Shown here in pieces: positions 27,757-37,854 of a stretch of 53,579 nucleotides of DNA (position 1 is its first letter; the number at the start of each line of letters is the position of its first letter). The translations under genes and the position numbers were made by a program. The stretch lies in the IMG/VR virus record IMGVR_UViG_3300032266_000862, positions 1-53,579 of that record; one strand, given 5' to 3'. The DNA is from a virus (lineage: Duplodnaviria; Caudoviricetes). Below the pieces are notes generated by a model. It was given only the letters and a program-made list of their open reading frames with translations. It ran no database searches and was not told the DNA's origin.

Positions 27757-28131
27757 TTAATTAAATAGCTGTTTAACTAAAATTGATAATTTATATTCTA
27801 CAAGATCGTAAGTTTCCAAAGTTTCTTGGATTTCTACACTATATTCCCCGCCATATTGATCTGTGTGATTTTCGTATTGTCCAGTTCCTTTTTCATGAAA
27901 TTCTCGAAGATATAGAATTGCCACATTATTAATAATTTGAATTGATCGATTATCTTCTTTATGAAAAATATAAGTCGTAAATCCATCACGAATTTTCAGT
28001 GCATCATCAACGATAAAGGTCGTCAACTCCTTTTTATCAAAAATTGATTCATAATTTGGACAGGTTAATAAAAAATGATTAGAATTTGCGGACTTTAAAT
28101 TTTCCAAGAGTTCTTCGAATGTGATGGTCAT
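27757..28131 (-). CDS. Hypothetical protein
   Basis: 124-aa ORF filling the gap. Confidence 0.55.
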   Translation of the reverse strand: MTITFEELLENLKSANSNHFLLTCPNYESIFDKKELTTFIVDDALKIRDGFTTYIFHKEDNRSIQIINNVAILYLREFHEKGTGQYENHTDQYGGEYSVEIQETLETYDLVEYKLSILVKQLFN

Positions 28132-28236
28132 GAGGGAGTATAGTGAGGATTGGAGATTTGTAAAGAGGAAAATTTTGAGGAGAAAGAAAAATTAAATATT
28201 TGTAGAATTGTCAGAATTTACGAAGTATATTGTATA

Positions 28237-28419
28237 ATGACATCCGAAGAACTTGATAATTTTAAAATTGATTATGCCAATAAATCTATAGATTATGACA
28301 CTTTATTGAAAAAGTATAATATTTCGTATTATACTTTATTAAAAACTTTGGATAATTATAATATAGAACGTAGACGAAAATCCGTAAGATATACAGTTTT
28401 TGAGCTATTATATAAATAG
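28237..28419 (+). pseudogene. Short HTH-like ORF, possible N-terminal remnant of a homing endonuclease
   Basis: LLKKYNISYYTLLKTLDNYNIERR helix-turn-helix pattern; ends inside the gp21 promoter. Confidence 0.4.
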
Positions 28420-28423
28420 TTTT

Positions 28424-29101
28424 ATGGACATAACTCGTAAATTGATTGTAGAACAACCGAACTACAATGTGGAATTATTTTCTGAAAGCAACGGAACAGA
28501 TGAAAAGAAATGGAAATTTACCGGCCAATACATCATGGTTGATAAGAAGAATAAGAACAACCGTATGTATGAATCGACTGAAATGACTCCTGCAATTGAT
28601 CGGTATTTAGCAGAATATGTATCACAAAATCGGGGAGGTGGTGAATGTAATCATAGTCTGGACGCAGAAATGAAGCTCGACCGATTGGCTCATAAGATTA
28701 CAAAGCTACATAAAGACCCCAATGATGATTTTTTCTACATTGGGGAATCTGAAATTATAACAGAAAATCCACCGGGCAAGATATTGTTAGGGCTTTGCAA
28801 ACATAAGGTAAATTGGGGCCTAAGTTCAAAATGCCTCGGTTCTATCGTAGAATCTTCTGATGGTAATAAGGTAAAGTCTCCTATTATTTTAGGAGTTGAT
28901 GCCGTCTGGGATGCTAGTGCAAATACTAAATTCATCAACGGAATTTATGAAGAACGTGAATACATTATTGGTGATGATAACCGTGCTCACGAAGCATTCT
29001 CTAAATTTAATAAACATCTTTCTAAATATCCATCACATCATTCAGACGCAATTAAACAACATATCCTAGAAGGTTTCCAAAAACTTCTGAAATCTATCTA
29101 A
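28424..29101 (+). CDS. Prohead protease, gp21-like
   Basis: NKNNRMY, GECNH, PPGKI, GLSSKCLGS, DAVWDAS; TATAAATA-N5-ATG places the start at 28424. Confidence 0.9.
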   Translation: MDITRKLIVEQPNYNVELFSESNGTDEKKWKFTGQYIMVDKKNKNNRMYESTEMTPAIDRYLAEYVSQNRGGGECNHSLDAEMKLDRLAHKITKLHKDPNDDFFYIGESEIITENPPGKILLGLCKHKVNWGLSSKCLGSIVESSDGNKVKSPIILGVDAVWDASANTKFINGIYEEREYIIGDDNRAHEAFSKFNKHLSKYPSHHSDAIKQHILEGFQKLLKSI

Positions 29102-29228
29102 TCTCCGCGTATCAATAATATTATGTATATCTTGAACTTCTTCAAATCCATCTTAAACTACATAAAAATTGTAGCGGTGATGTCGGCATGGATGTTTCTT
29201 GCATTTTTGGCAATGATACATATATCGT

Positions 29229-29471
29229 TCACAGAACCTTAATTAAACTGGCTAATTGTGTTATTTGATCTGTGATTTTTTGATGATTATGTTCTGCTGC
29301 TTTATAAAAATGCCATCGAATACAATTCATCTTATTCTTCTGAATAGGACCACGACTTGGGGTTGAAATCCAATCGCCTTTGAGTTTCTGAAGTCTCTGC
29401 AATTTCCTATATTTGCGGTCTTTAGCATTCTTAATTAATTCGCAAAGTAATACATTTAAAGAATTATTCAT
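29229..29471 (-). CDS. Hypothetical basic protein
   Basis: Start overlaps the stop of the upstream membrane-protein gene. Confidence 0.5.
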   Translation of the reverse strand: MNNSLNVLLCELIKNAKDRKYRKLQRLQKLKGDWISTPSRGPIQKNKMNCIRWHFYKAAEHNHQKITDQITQLASLIKVL

Positions 29472-30060
29472 AATTTGTAATAGTTGGTAGTTTAAATAAT
29501 TTATGATTAACTTTATCAAATACTGTAATCAGAGGACCGACCAGAAACACAAACAATATTGTTGCAATTCCAAATGGTCCTCCAAGCAAAATACCAGTCG
29601 TCAATATTACCAATTCTACCACAATTTTTAAAGTTGTAAAGGAAATATTGTATTTTTTATTCAAGGCCAGAATAAACACATCCATGATTCTGATTCCCAA
29701 TCGACTTTCTAGAATTAAGGCACTTCCGTAAGAGCAAAGAAATAATGCAATTCCTAAATATCCGTAGTTATTAATTCCTTCATTCGGAAATTCATAATTC
29801 AAAAAATCCAAAAGATATCCGCAAATTGGAGCAGTAATAAAACTTGTCCAATGAGGAATCTTCTGGGAAATTATATAAGATAATCCCAGAAACAGTAATG
29901 TGACAAAAATTGAACAGGTTCCAATTAAGAATCCTGAATATTGGTGCAGTCCGATCAATAGGGCATCCAAGGGATCTACTCCTAAATTGGAATTAACAAA
30001 GAATTTCGCACCAATAGCAAATAAAATAATTCCTAGAATATAAACGATCCAATTTTTCAT
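29464..30060 (-). CDS. YczE/YyaS-like multi-pass membrane protein
   Basis: SNLGVDPLD, GGPFGIATI and several TM helices. Confidence 0.75.
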   Translation of the reverse strand: MKNWIVYILGIILFAIGAKFFVNSNLGVDPLDALLIGLHQYSGFLIGTCSIFVTLLFLGLSYIISQKIPHWTSFITAPICGYLLDFLNYEFPNEGINNYGYLGIALFLCSYGSALILESRLGIRIMDVFILALNKKYNISFTTLKIVVELVILTTGILLGGPFGIATILFVFLVGPLITVFDKVNHKLFKLPTITNYE

Positions 30061-30061
30061 A

Positions 30062-30436
30062 TTATGATAAAATCTTCATTTCTACCAACATCTCTTCTAC
30101 CTTCTCCCAATCAATAAATGATTTATCATTAGGAAATTCTTTCTTTAACGGAATTCCTAATCCAGTATCATCAATAATTAGATCGGCGTGACTTTTTGGA
30201 GAATTTGTCCAGTCTTTTTGATTTGGATTTGTATTAATTCCATATAAAGGAATATCATTCATTTTAAACCAATTAACTTCATCTTGCAATTCTTTACCGT
30301 CCCGCATTGTAAAAAGAATTAAATTATGCCCTTGATCTGTTAATTCTTTCAAAACCTTTTGTGAACCAATATCCCTACCTACTTTTGGATAGGCAAAAGA
30401 TACGCATGTTGCATCAAAATCTATATTAATTATCAT
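30062..30436 (-). CDS. HAD-superfamily hydrolase (BT0820-like)
   Basis: IDFDAT motif I, LILFTMR, SPKSHADLIIDD. Confidence 0.75.
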   Translation of the reverse strand: MIINIDFDATCVSFAYPKVGRDIGSQKVLKELTDQGHNLILFTMRDGKELQDEVNWFKMNDIPLYGINTNPNQKDWTNSPKSHADLIIDDTGLGIPLKKEFPNDKSFIDWEKVEEMLVEMKILS

Positions 30437-30440
30437 ATTT

Positions 30441-30725
30441 TTACATCCATTGAATAATGTTGGATTTGATAACATCCCGTAAGGAATTTTTATCAATTGT
30501 TCCAACGTGTCGCCAAACTTCCAGATTATTTTTTGTTAAAATAATTAAAGGAATTGCCCGAAGTCCAATATTTTTTGCTACTTCTGGACTAATAGTGTTT
30601 GTATCAACATCAAAGAAATCCATAACATCCAGAAATTCTTGAGCAATCTCCTTAAGAATTGGCTTCATATTGATACAAGGTTGGCATTGATCATGCCCGT
30701 ATTTGATAAGTTTCAAAGGTTTCAT
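30441..30725 (-). CDS. Thioredoxin-like protein
   Basis: CQPC active site, RAIP cis-Pro motif, RHVG. Confidence 0.85.
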   Translation of the reverse strand: MKPLKLIKYGHDQCQPCINMKPILKEIAQEFLDVMDFFDVDTNTISPEVAKNIGLRAIPLIILTKNNLEVWRHVGTIDKNSLRDVIKSNIIQWM

Positions 30726-30899
30726 AAGTTAAGTTATTTAATATAGCATTTATGCGATTCATATCATCTTCGCATAATAATTTTTTAGAATATTTCATGG
30801 CATTTTGGCAAATAAATCTGTTATCTTCTATAATCTGTCTACATAGTATATCTAGTCTTCGAGAAATGCAAATTATTTCTTCAAAAAGTAAATATTTGG

Positions 30900-31070
30900 A
30901 TGACGCCAGAAACTGCCGCTTCCATTAATAAATTTCTCTATCATCTCAGCACTGAAGAATTTGCTGCTGCTGACAAAACTCTTAACAGTTTGATTGAACA
31001 AAAAGTTCAAACACTTTGCAATAATGCAACTGCAAAAGTTAAAGCAAAGCGTTCTAGTGAAAATAAATAA
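30900..31070 (+). CDS. Small prohead core protein, gp67-like (56 aa; not in the ORF track)
   Basis: MTPETAASINKFLYHLSTEEFAAADKTLNSLIEQKV...; TAAATA-N5-ATG; directly upstream of the scaffold gene. Confidence 0.7.
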   Translation: MTPETAASINKFLYHLSTEEFAAADKTLNSLIEQKVQTLCNNATAKVKAKRSSENK

Positions 31071-31087
31071 TTCTTATAAATAATACT

Positions 31088-31981
31088 ATGATAACTGATG
31101 AATTAAATACAATCTTCGAATCTGTTGATAGCCAGCTTCTTTCCGAAGATACAAAAAAGGCAATTTCTTCTTTAATCGAAGAAAAAGTTAATAAAAAGGT
31201 CCAAGAGCGTCTAACTCTGGAACTGGAAAGTGCTATCAAAACACAACATGATAAATTTAAAAAAGCTGCCACCCTAACTATGGAAGCTATTGATAAGGAT
31301 CATCTCGGAAAGATTGACGGAATTGTCAAGATTCTTCAGAAAGAGCATAATATTCAATTAAATACTCTACACGATGCTCATAAAAAGATTGTTAGTGAGA
31401 CTGCGGTAGGTCATCGGGATTCTATCGTAGAAGGCGTTGACCGGTTCCTCGATAGTTATATCGAAAAACATCTTCCTAAAGAACAAATCGAAGAAGCTGC
31501 AAAAAACAAATATGCACTCAAGGCTATTGAAGAAGCCCGTAAAATTCTTGGAGTTGATACCAAGTTCATGACTCAGAATTTCAAAGAAACTTTGGTAGAT
31601 GGTAAGAAACAGATGGATCGGCTTCTTCAGGAAAATGCTGAACTAAAGAAAAGAACTTTAATTAGCGAAAGTAAAAAAATTCTGTCCGAGAAAACTGCTA
31701 ACCTCCCCGTCGAAGTTTCCCGGTTTGTTAAATCCCGTCTGGAAAATAAATCTGCTCAATATATCAATGAGAATTTTGATTATGTAGTAGACATGTATAA
31801 CCGTCAGGAAAAGACTCAGAAGAAATCTGCATTGTTAAATGAGAATCGTCAGACCTTTATCGTTGATCGTAAACAAGTTGTTGAAGAAATCCTAAAAGAA
31901 TCCGCACCTTCACAACATCAGGTAAATCATAACCTTCCAATGGAAGATATGTATCTCAGCGGATTGAATTGGAGAAAATAA
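31088..31981 (+). CDS. Prohead scaffold protein, gp22-like
   Basis: Coiled-coil, VDRFLDSYIE, several (L/I)xE sites; directly upstream of the capsid gene; TATAAATA-N5-ATG. Confidence 0.85.
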   Translation: MITDELNTIFESVDSQLLSEDTKKAISSLIEEKVNKKVQERLTLELESAIKTQHDKFKKAATLTMEAIDKDHLGKIDGIVKILQKEHNIQLNTLHDAHKKIVSETAVGHRDSIVEGVDRFLDSYIEKHLPKEQIEEAAKNKYALKAIEEARKILGVDTKFMTQNFKETLVDGKKQMDRLLQENAELKKRTLISESKKILSEKTANLPVEVSRFVKSRLENKSAQYINENFDYVVDMYNRQEKTQKKSALLNENRQTFIVDRKQVVEEILKESAPSQHQVNHNLPMEDMYLSGLNWRK

Positions 31982-32004
31982 TAAAAAACAATAAATAACT
32001 TTAT

Positions 32005-33591
32005 ATGCAATCACTAGCCTCAAACTACGTAGACAGTGCTCCTTCCCTTCTTTCTAAAGAACGCGGTAAAGCACTCATCACCCGTTGGAGTAAGATCCTT
32101 GATTTTACCGACAACCAAACTAAACCTATTGAAGGTTATCAAAAACGCCTTGCTACCGCAATCATGTGCGAAAACCAAGAAAACTGGCTCCGTCAAAATG
32201 GTCACATGCCTTCTGTCATTCAAGAAACAAACTACGGCACTAACGTTGCTGGCGGAACAGTATCGCCCTTTGGATCCGTTAATAACGGTACATATGGCAA
32301 TGCCGGTCCTGGAAATGGTGGTACCACCGATTTCTATGCTCCTGGAGATGCTCGTCTTCCTAAGACTCTTATTCCTATGATCCGCCGAACTTTCCCTGAG
32401 CTTATCACTCATGAGATTGTTGGTGTTCAGCCTATGTCCGGTCCTGTCGGTCTTGCTTTTGCTCTTCGTTACTTTTATGATGATGATTCCCTAGCGGCTT
32501 CTCCTTATAATGATAAGGGGTATTCTACCGGTTCTACCTTCCCTAAAGGTCCTGGTGTCTGGTCTGGTGCGGATACCGACGAGCAAGGTTATAACAAACT
32601 ATATACTGCTCATACTGGTATTACTGCTGCTGGCCTTTCTGGCCTTGGTTTAGTCAACCTATCTCGTGACCTTTCTGCAAACTCTGCATTTGACTTCACT
32701 CCTCAAGATATGGGTGTTGCTCAACTTCTTGCTAACTTTGAAGCAAGTTCCAATATTCCTACAATGTCCCTCAAGATTGAGAAGAAAGCTGTTGAAGCTG
32801 GCACCCGCCGTCTCGCAACTTCTTGGTCTATGGAACTTGAACAGGACTTGATGAACATGAATGGTATTGATATCGATTCTGAAATGACTAATGCAATGTC
32901 CTATGAAATTCAATCCGAAATCGACCGTGAAATGGTTATTCGTATGATTCAAGTTGCTCTGAACGGTGGTTTCCGTTCCGGTTATTCTGTATGGAAACCT
33001 CAACTTGCTGATGGTCGTTGGTTTGCAGAACGTGGTGTTGACTTTTATGCTAAAATTGTTGTAGAAGCTAACCGTATTGCGATTCGTAATCGTCGTGGTC
33101 CTGCTAACTTCATTATCGCAACTCCTAAAGTTTGCACTATTCTGCAATTGCTTCCTGAGTTCCGTGCATTTGAAGTTGCTTCCTCTGTCCAAGCACATCC
33201 TAACGGTGTCGCCCGCGTAGGAACTCTTGCTGGTCAATTCAACATCTATCGCGATACCCGCACTGAAGCTCAATATTTGGCTGGTGTCCGTTCCGAACCC
33301 GTTGAATACGCATTACTCGGTTATAAAGGTAGTGAGTTCTGGGATACCGGGATTGTTTACTGCCCTTACATTCCTGTGTTGGTCCAAAGGTCAATTAACC
33401 CAAATACCTTCACTCCTAACGTTGGTATGATGACTAGATATGGCGTTATTGATCACCTTTTCGGGAGTCAGAATTTCTACCACTTAATTATTGCTCGTGA
33501 TCTTAACACTGGACATGATGTTCTCGCTAACAGTGCTCCTCTTGTTGGATATTCTCCACAAACTACTATTAGCAACACTTACCTCAGCTAA
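32005..33591 (+). CDS. Major capsid protein, gp23-like
   Basis: LIPMIRRTFPELI..EIVGVQPMSGPVGLAFALR, WSMELEQDL, EIDRE, GIVYCPYIP, MTRYG. Confidence 0.97.
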   Translation: MQSLASNYVDSAPSLLSKERGKALITRWSKILDFTDNQTKPIEGYQKRLATAIMCENQENWLRQNGHMPSVIQETNYGTNVAGGTVSPFGSVNNGTYGNAGPGNGGTTDFYAPGDARLPKTLIPMIRRTFPELITHEIVGVQPMSGPVGLAFALRYFYDDDSLAASPYNDKGYSTGSTFPKGPGVWSGADTDEQGYNKLYTAHTGITAAGLSGLGLVNLSRDLSANSAFDFTPQDMGVAQLLANFEASSNIPTMSLKIEKKAVEAGTRRLATSWSMELEQDLMNMNGIDIDSEMTNAMSYEIQSEIDREMVIRMIQVALNGGFRSGYSVWKPQLADGRWFAERGVDFYAKIVVEANRIAIRNRRGPANFIIATPKVCTILQLLPEFRAFEVASSVQAHPNGVARVGTLAGQFNIYRDTRTEAQYLAGVRSEPVEYALLGYKGSEFWDTGIVYCPYIPVLVQRSINPNTFTPNVGMMTRYGVIDHLFGSQNFYHLIIARDLNTGHDVLANSAPLVGYSPQTTISNTYLS

Positions 33592-33604
33592 GATCAGTTG
33601 GTCT

Positions 33605-33643
33605 AAAAATACCCCATCAGAAATTCTGATGGGGTATTTTTTT
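33605..33643. terminator. Bidirectional intrinsic terminator
   Basis: aaaaataccccatcagaa-a-ttctgatggggtattttt between convergent genes. Confidence 0.9.
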
Positions 33644-33674
33644 GCCTAAATAAAAACTGGAACTAGAGAGAAGG

Positions 33675-35174
33675 TTAATTTAAAAATTTTGGAATAGAAT
33701 TCCAGACATATACTTTATTTCCACAGTCCCAGATTCTGTCATATCCAAGAGATTGCATAATATCCCATTCGGTCATAGATAAATCAACTTCAGGATATAA
33801 CTTCTTAATTCTATCTTTAGTAAAATTGGATCGGTGATATCGCTTTAAATAATTCTTTGTATGCATGTAATGGTATCTGGGCAATGCATCGTGCGTATGT
33901 TCGAACTCCAAAACATCGTAGATGTTTCCTCGGCTAATTCTTTTGTCAGCATAAGAAATAATAGATTGTGGGTTATGTAATTCGATAAAATGCTGAAATA
34001 ATTTACTAGCTGCTCCAACAACGGAAGTATTTTGTCTGTTACAAAATCTGACCAGTTCCCACTCGGCTTTATTAGATTGTCTAGGCTTTCCGAATGTCAT
34101 TAGTGATACTAGTTCATCATTAAAATACAATCCAAATTTTATTCGGGATTTATCTTTACCCTGAATATGGTTATTATCTAAAAATAAGTCTTTGTCTTTA
34201 ATCTCAACCTCTTTTATAACGCATTTTCGTGCATATATTTTATACAATGCTTTACCTAATTTATTTCTAATAATAGAATAACATATGTCTTTTTTATGTT
34301 TAATTTCATCTTCGAAAAATTGGAAAAGTTGAATACCTTTCTCTTCGGATTTTTTAGTTTTATTTAAATGGTAAGTGAACTCTTCTTTGCATATTAATTC
34401 TGAATGCCAATAATTTCCATGAATTTCAATTCCTATGTTATGAGTAGGAATTAAAATGTCGATTTCCTTTCCCTCTAGGATCTTCCTATCACTCCTAATG
34501 ATGTCAATACCTAGGTCATTCTTAATAAAATTGCCTAAATATTTTTCATCTTTGGAAACTTTACAAATTGGACAACCATTTCCGATATTAGTATGAGAGT
34601 ATAGTAATTGTTGGAATTTGTTATGACATGTATTACATGTAATAGTCACTCTATCATGTGAATGTGCATCGTCGGGAATTTCGGAATAATCGAATCCGTT
34701 CCCGTGTTTTTCGTGACATAATTCCAAAGTTTGTTCAATTGTATTTCTTATTTTTTTAGAAAATGATTCAGAACTGCACATTGGACATGGATGTTTGGAA
34801 CTTTTATGATTTGAAGGAGTTTGTGAGAACTCGATATTATGTTTATTGCATATAATAATTCCTGTAATTTTATCTGTCACGTAATCAAACTTGTCATAGT
34901 TATAAAGATCGCCGTGGTATTTTCTGCCATCTCTGATAAAATCTTCTTTAGTGAAACGTAGTCTGTCGCCCATGGCAGAATCCCTACATTTCTTGCATCC
35001 TTGACCCAATAAATGAGCAGAATTTCTCTGACGGAATGGTCCGTGTATTTTACAAATTATATCCGAATATCCTCTAGTGGACGGATCAATTACTAGGCTA
35101 TAGTCGTAACGATCTGGGTGGACTGTGTTAAATTTTTCAAGTAGTTTGGGAAGAGTAAGTTTGGGTGTAGGCAT
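33675..35174 (-). mobile_element. Free-standing homing endonuclease (Zn-ribbon repeats, Vsr/DUF559-like nuclease, Hef-like C-terminus)
   Basis: Three CxxH..F.Q...H....CxxC repeats; EIDILIP..IGIEIHGNYWH; C-terminal YADKR..IWDCG; start taken at MPTPKLT. Confidence 0.8.
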
Positions 35175-35248
35175 ATATGTCCTAATACTTATTCCAAAAC
35201 GATGTTCATTACAAGTATCAATTTGATACGAACACTTCTTTAGACTAA

Positions 35249-35332
35249 ATGCCAAGACAACAGTCTCTCAAATATGCTAAAATCTGGGATTGTGGCAATA
35301 AAGTATATGTTTGGAACTCTACACTAAACTAA
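35249..35332 (+). pseudogene. Deleted endonuclease remnant MPRQQSLKYAKIWDCGNKVYVWNSTLN*
   Basis: 35281-35321 matches the reverse complement of 33695-33735 at 37/41 nt; all four mismatches are synonymous. Confidence 0.75.
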
Positions 35333-35648
35333 CAGTTCCATCCTCGTTCACAATAAATTCAGAATGAATTAATTTCAATCCATCTGTTGAACTTCCAGGA
35401 AGTTGGCTTTCCAAAAATTGCACAGTTGCTGCACTAGCCGCAAATAATTCTCCTGCATCAGTTCCTAATTCTGTCAAAATAGCCGCAGTATCTTCTTTGC
35501 GGCCCCAAACCTCCCGCATACTCTGTTCCCAAGAAATTTTAAGTTGATTAAATTGATTTCTTGCAGAATTTTTGACACGTTTTGCAACCATAGCAGCACG
35601 AGAAGGTTCAGGAGATTTTGATTCGGGAGAAAATAAGGAATTTGCCAT
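35319..35648 (-). CDS. Small late protein, possibly fibre-associated
   Basis: TAAATA-N6-ATG; downstream of the adhesin gene. Confidence 0.6.
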   Translation of the reverse strand: MANSLFSPESKSPEPSRAAMVAKRVKNSARNQFNQLKISWEQSMREVWGRKEDTAAILTELGTDAGELFAASAATVQFLESQLPGSSTDGLKLIHSEFIVNEDGTVSLV

Positions 35649-35664
35649 ATTATATATTTATACT

Positions 35665-36474
35665 TCAGTAATTAAATTGATTTTGATACCATGCAACATG
35701 CTGTGCCACTCTTTGTGCAACCTCTTTAGGTAATACATCCGACCAATCAGATGGTTTGTGAGGACGAATAGTTTTAGCAACAGAATGAGATCCATATGGT
35801 CCAAAATGTCCATCATCCTCTTCCACTTGTTTAACAATATTCTTAAAATCATGATCAAATGTTATTTCTCCAATAAAATCATATATCTTATCAAATGTAT
35901 CTTGTGGAGAAACGCATAAATCTTCGTAACGAACAAAATGAATTTTCGATGCAAGATTTCTCTGAAAACAATCCAATGTTCTTTGTAATGCCAGTCCAAT
36001 TGGTTGACTATTGAGCCAATATTCTGCCCGTTGATCCACTGTCATTCCTCTTAGTTGTGCAGGATTGTCAGGACCATCAGGAAGATGTCGGGTCTTACGA
36101 TAGATTCGTTCCATGCTTGCAATAATACTTCTAATATCCCGAACTACACAAATCATTTTAGAATTAGGATTCCACTGTTCTATCCATTCAAAATAATGAC
36201 TCCATCCCCTATTTTTATCAATAATAATAGGTCGATCTGTGATAGCTGCGTAATATCCTTCTGCCATGGATTTGCACATTGACAAAAATGCTTTCTGCAT
36301 GATTTGCGGATTTTGACTTTTGACTTCAGGAAGATTATAATTTCCTCTTGCAGCAAATTGATATTCCAATAATGGGGATGTGGTAGATCCATAAATTAAT
36401 GGATTCTGATGGAGAACCGTTTGGATAAGTTCACTACCAGATCTAGGCATGGAACAATTAAAAATCAACTTCAT
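35665..36474 (-). CDS. Sulfotransferase family protein
   Basis: SMPRSGS PAPS-binding loop, DKNRGW, VRDIRSIIAS, VRYEDL; sigma70-like TTGACT-N17-TATATA upstream. Confidence 0.85.
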   Translation of the reverse strand: MKLIFNCSMPRSGSELIQTVLHQNPLIYGSTTSPLLEYQFAARGNYNLPEVKSQNPQIMQKAFLSMCKSMAEGYYAAITDRPIIIDKNRGWSHYFEWIEQWNPNSKMICVVRDIRSIIASMERIYRKTRHLPDGPDNPAQLRGMTVDQRAEYWLNSQPIGLALQRTLDCFQRNLASKIHFVRYEDLCVSPQDTFDKIYDFIGEITFDHDFKNIVKQVEEDDGHFGPYGSHSVAKTIRPHKPSDWSDVLPKEVAQRVAQHVAWYQNQFNY

Positions 36475-36512
36475 ATATAATATATATGACAATTTCTGGT
36501 AAAAGTCAACTA

Positions 36513-37841
36513 TTATGCAGCAGTTCCTAAAACAATACTTTTTACAGTTCCTACATCATTATAGTCCAAGATAAATTGTAATCCATTACGGCGAATAGCA
36601 AACATCCCAGAAGCTAAAGAATTATCCACTTCTGATCCATTAGCTGCTGCTGATGCTGTATATTTTGTTGAACGATTTTGAACAGTTAGTGCAGCCATTC
36701 CAGTTGAATGCAGGCGAATGGAAGCTTGACGGACTCCTGCACTACTATGCACCCCAAATTCATGAACATAAGGCGCATTGTTAATAACTTTATATCCAAA
36801 TGCAGAAGAATTATTTCCTGATGCTGTATTTTGATATCCAATTGCAGAAGAATTATTTCCTGATGCGGTATTACCGTTTCCAACAGCAGAAGAATTATTT
36901 CCTGATGCGGTATTACCGTTTCCAACAGCAGAAGAATAAAGTCCTGATGCAGTATTAGTGTATCCAAATGCAGAAGACCTATATCCTGATGCAGTATTAG
37001 TGTATCCAAATGCAGAAGACCTATATCCTGATGCAGTATTAGTGTATCCAAATGCAGAAGACCTATCTCCTGATGCAGTATTATTATATCCAATTGCAGA
37101 AGACCTATCTCCTGATGCAGTATTATTATATCCAACAGCAAAAGAATAATGTCCTGTTGCGCCATTAGCTCTACCAAATGCAGAAGAATTATATTCTGAT
37201 GCAGTATTACTGTATCCAAATGCAGAAGAATAAATTCCTGATGCGCTATTATTATATCCAAATGCAGAAGACCTATCTCCTGATGCAGTATTAGTGTATC
37301 CAAATGCAGAAGACCTATATCCTGATGCAGTATTACCGTATCCAATTGCAGAAGACCTATATCCTGATGCAGTATTATTATATCCAATTGCAGAAGAATT
37401 ATATTCTGATGCGGTATTAAAGCCTCCAATTGCAGAAGAATTAGTTCCTGATGCAGTATTATTATATCCAATCGCAAAAGAAGGATTTCCTGATGCGCCA
37501 TTAGTGCTACCAAATGCAGAAGAATAAATTCCTAATGCTGTATTTTGATATCCAAATGCAGAAGAATACATTCCTGATGCTGTATTTTGATATCCAAATG
37601 CAGAAGAATAAGTTCCTGATGCAACCTGTGCCGGAACACTTCGGAAAGCTTGTATATCAACACTTCCTATTCCTCTGGGATTTCCTGTCAAATCACCAAT
37701 AACTATATTATTTGGTAAACGTAATGCACTAAAGGCGGGAGAATCTGTTTGTCCAACTCCTAAAGAAGTTCGCATATCCGCTTTGGACAGTTTGCTCACA
37801 AAATCGGAAACGGGAAGAGATAATGTTAGTTTTGTGGACAC
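36513..37841 (-). CDS. YadA-head-like repeat adhesin/fibre protein (GTG start)
   Basis: 20 copies of 14-aa ASGxxSSA(F/I/V)GxxNT; TAAATA-N5-GTG. Confidence 0.85.
   Translation of the reverse strand: MSTKLTLSLPVSDFVSKLSKADMRTSLGVGQTDSPAFSALRLPNNIVIGDLTGNPRGIGSVDIQAFRSVPAQVASGTYSSAFGYQNTASGMYSSAFGYQNTALGIYSSAFGSTNGASGNPSFAIGYNNTASGTNSSAIGGFNTASEYNSSAIGYNNTASGYRSSAIGYGNTASGYRSSAFGYTNTASGDRSSAFGYNNSASGIYSSAFGYSNTASEYNSSAFGRANGATGHYSFAVGYNNTASGDRSSAIGYNNTASGDRSSAFGYTNTASGYRSSAFGYTNTASGYRSSAFGYTNTASGLYSSAVGNGNTASGNNSSAVGNGNTASGNNSSAIGYQNTASGNNSSAFGYKVINNAPYVHEFGVHSSAGVRQASIRLHSTGMAALTVQNRSTKYTASAAANGSEVDNSLASGMFAIRRNGLQFILDYNDVGTVKSIVLGTAA
36783..37622 (-). repeat. Coding tandem repeat, 20 x 42 bp
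   Basis: Contiguous 42-bp units without spacers, some identical. Confidence 0.9.
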
Positions 37842-37854
37842 AATAGTATTTATC

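Noticed and set aside
32020-33273. Antisense ORFs (130 and 204 aa) within the capsid gene
   Set aside because: Shadow ORFs arising from the biased codon usage of a highly expressed gene.
33695-35321. Inverted repeat as IS terminal inverted repeats
   Set aside because: The repeat is protein-coding with only synonymous mismatches, and the enclosed gene has no transposase motifs.
36686-37513. 275-aa alternative-frame ORF and short plus-strand repeat ORFs
   Set aside because: These are by-products of the stop-free 42-bp repeat and have no promoter or start context.
36783-37622. 42-bp periodic repeat as a CRISPR array
   Set aside because: The units are contiguous with no unique spacers and encode in-frame 14-aa YadA-like repeats; no cas genes are present.
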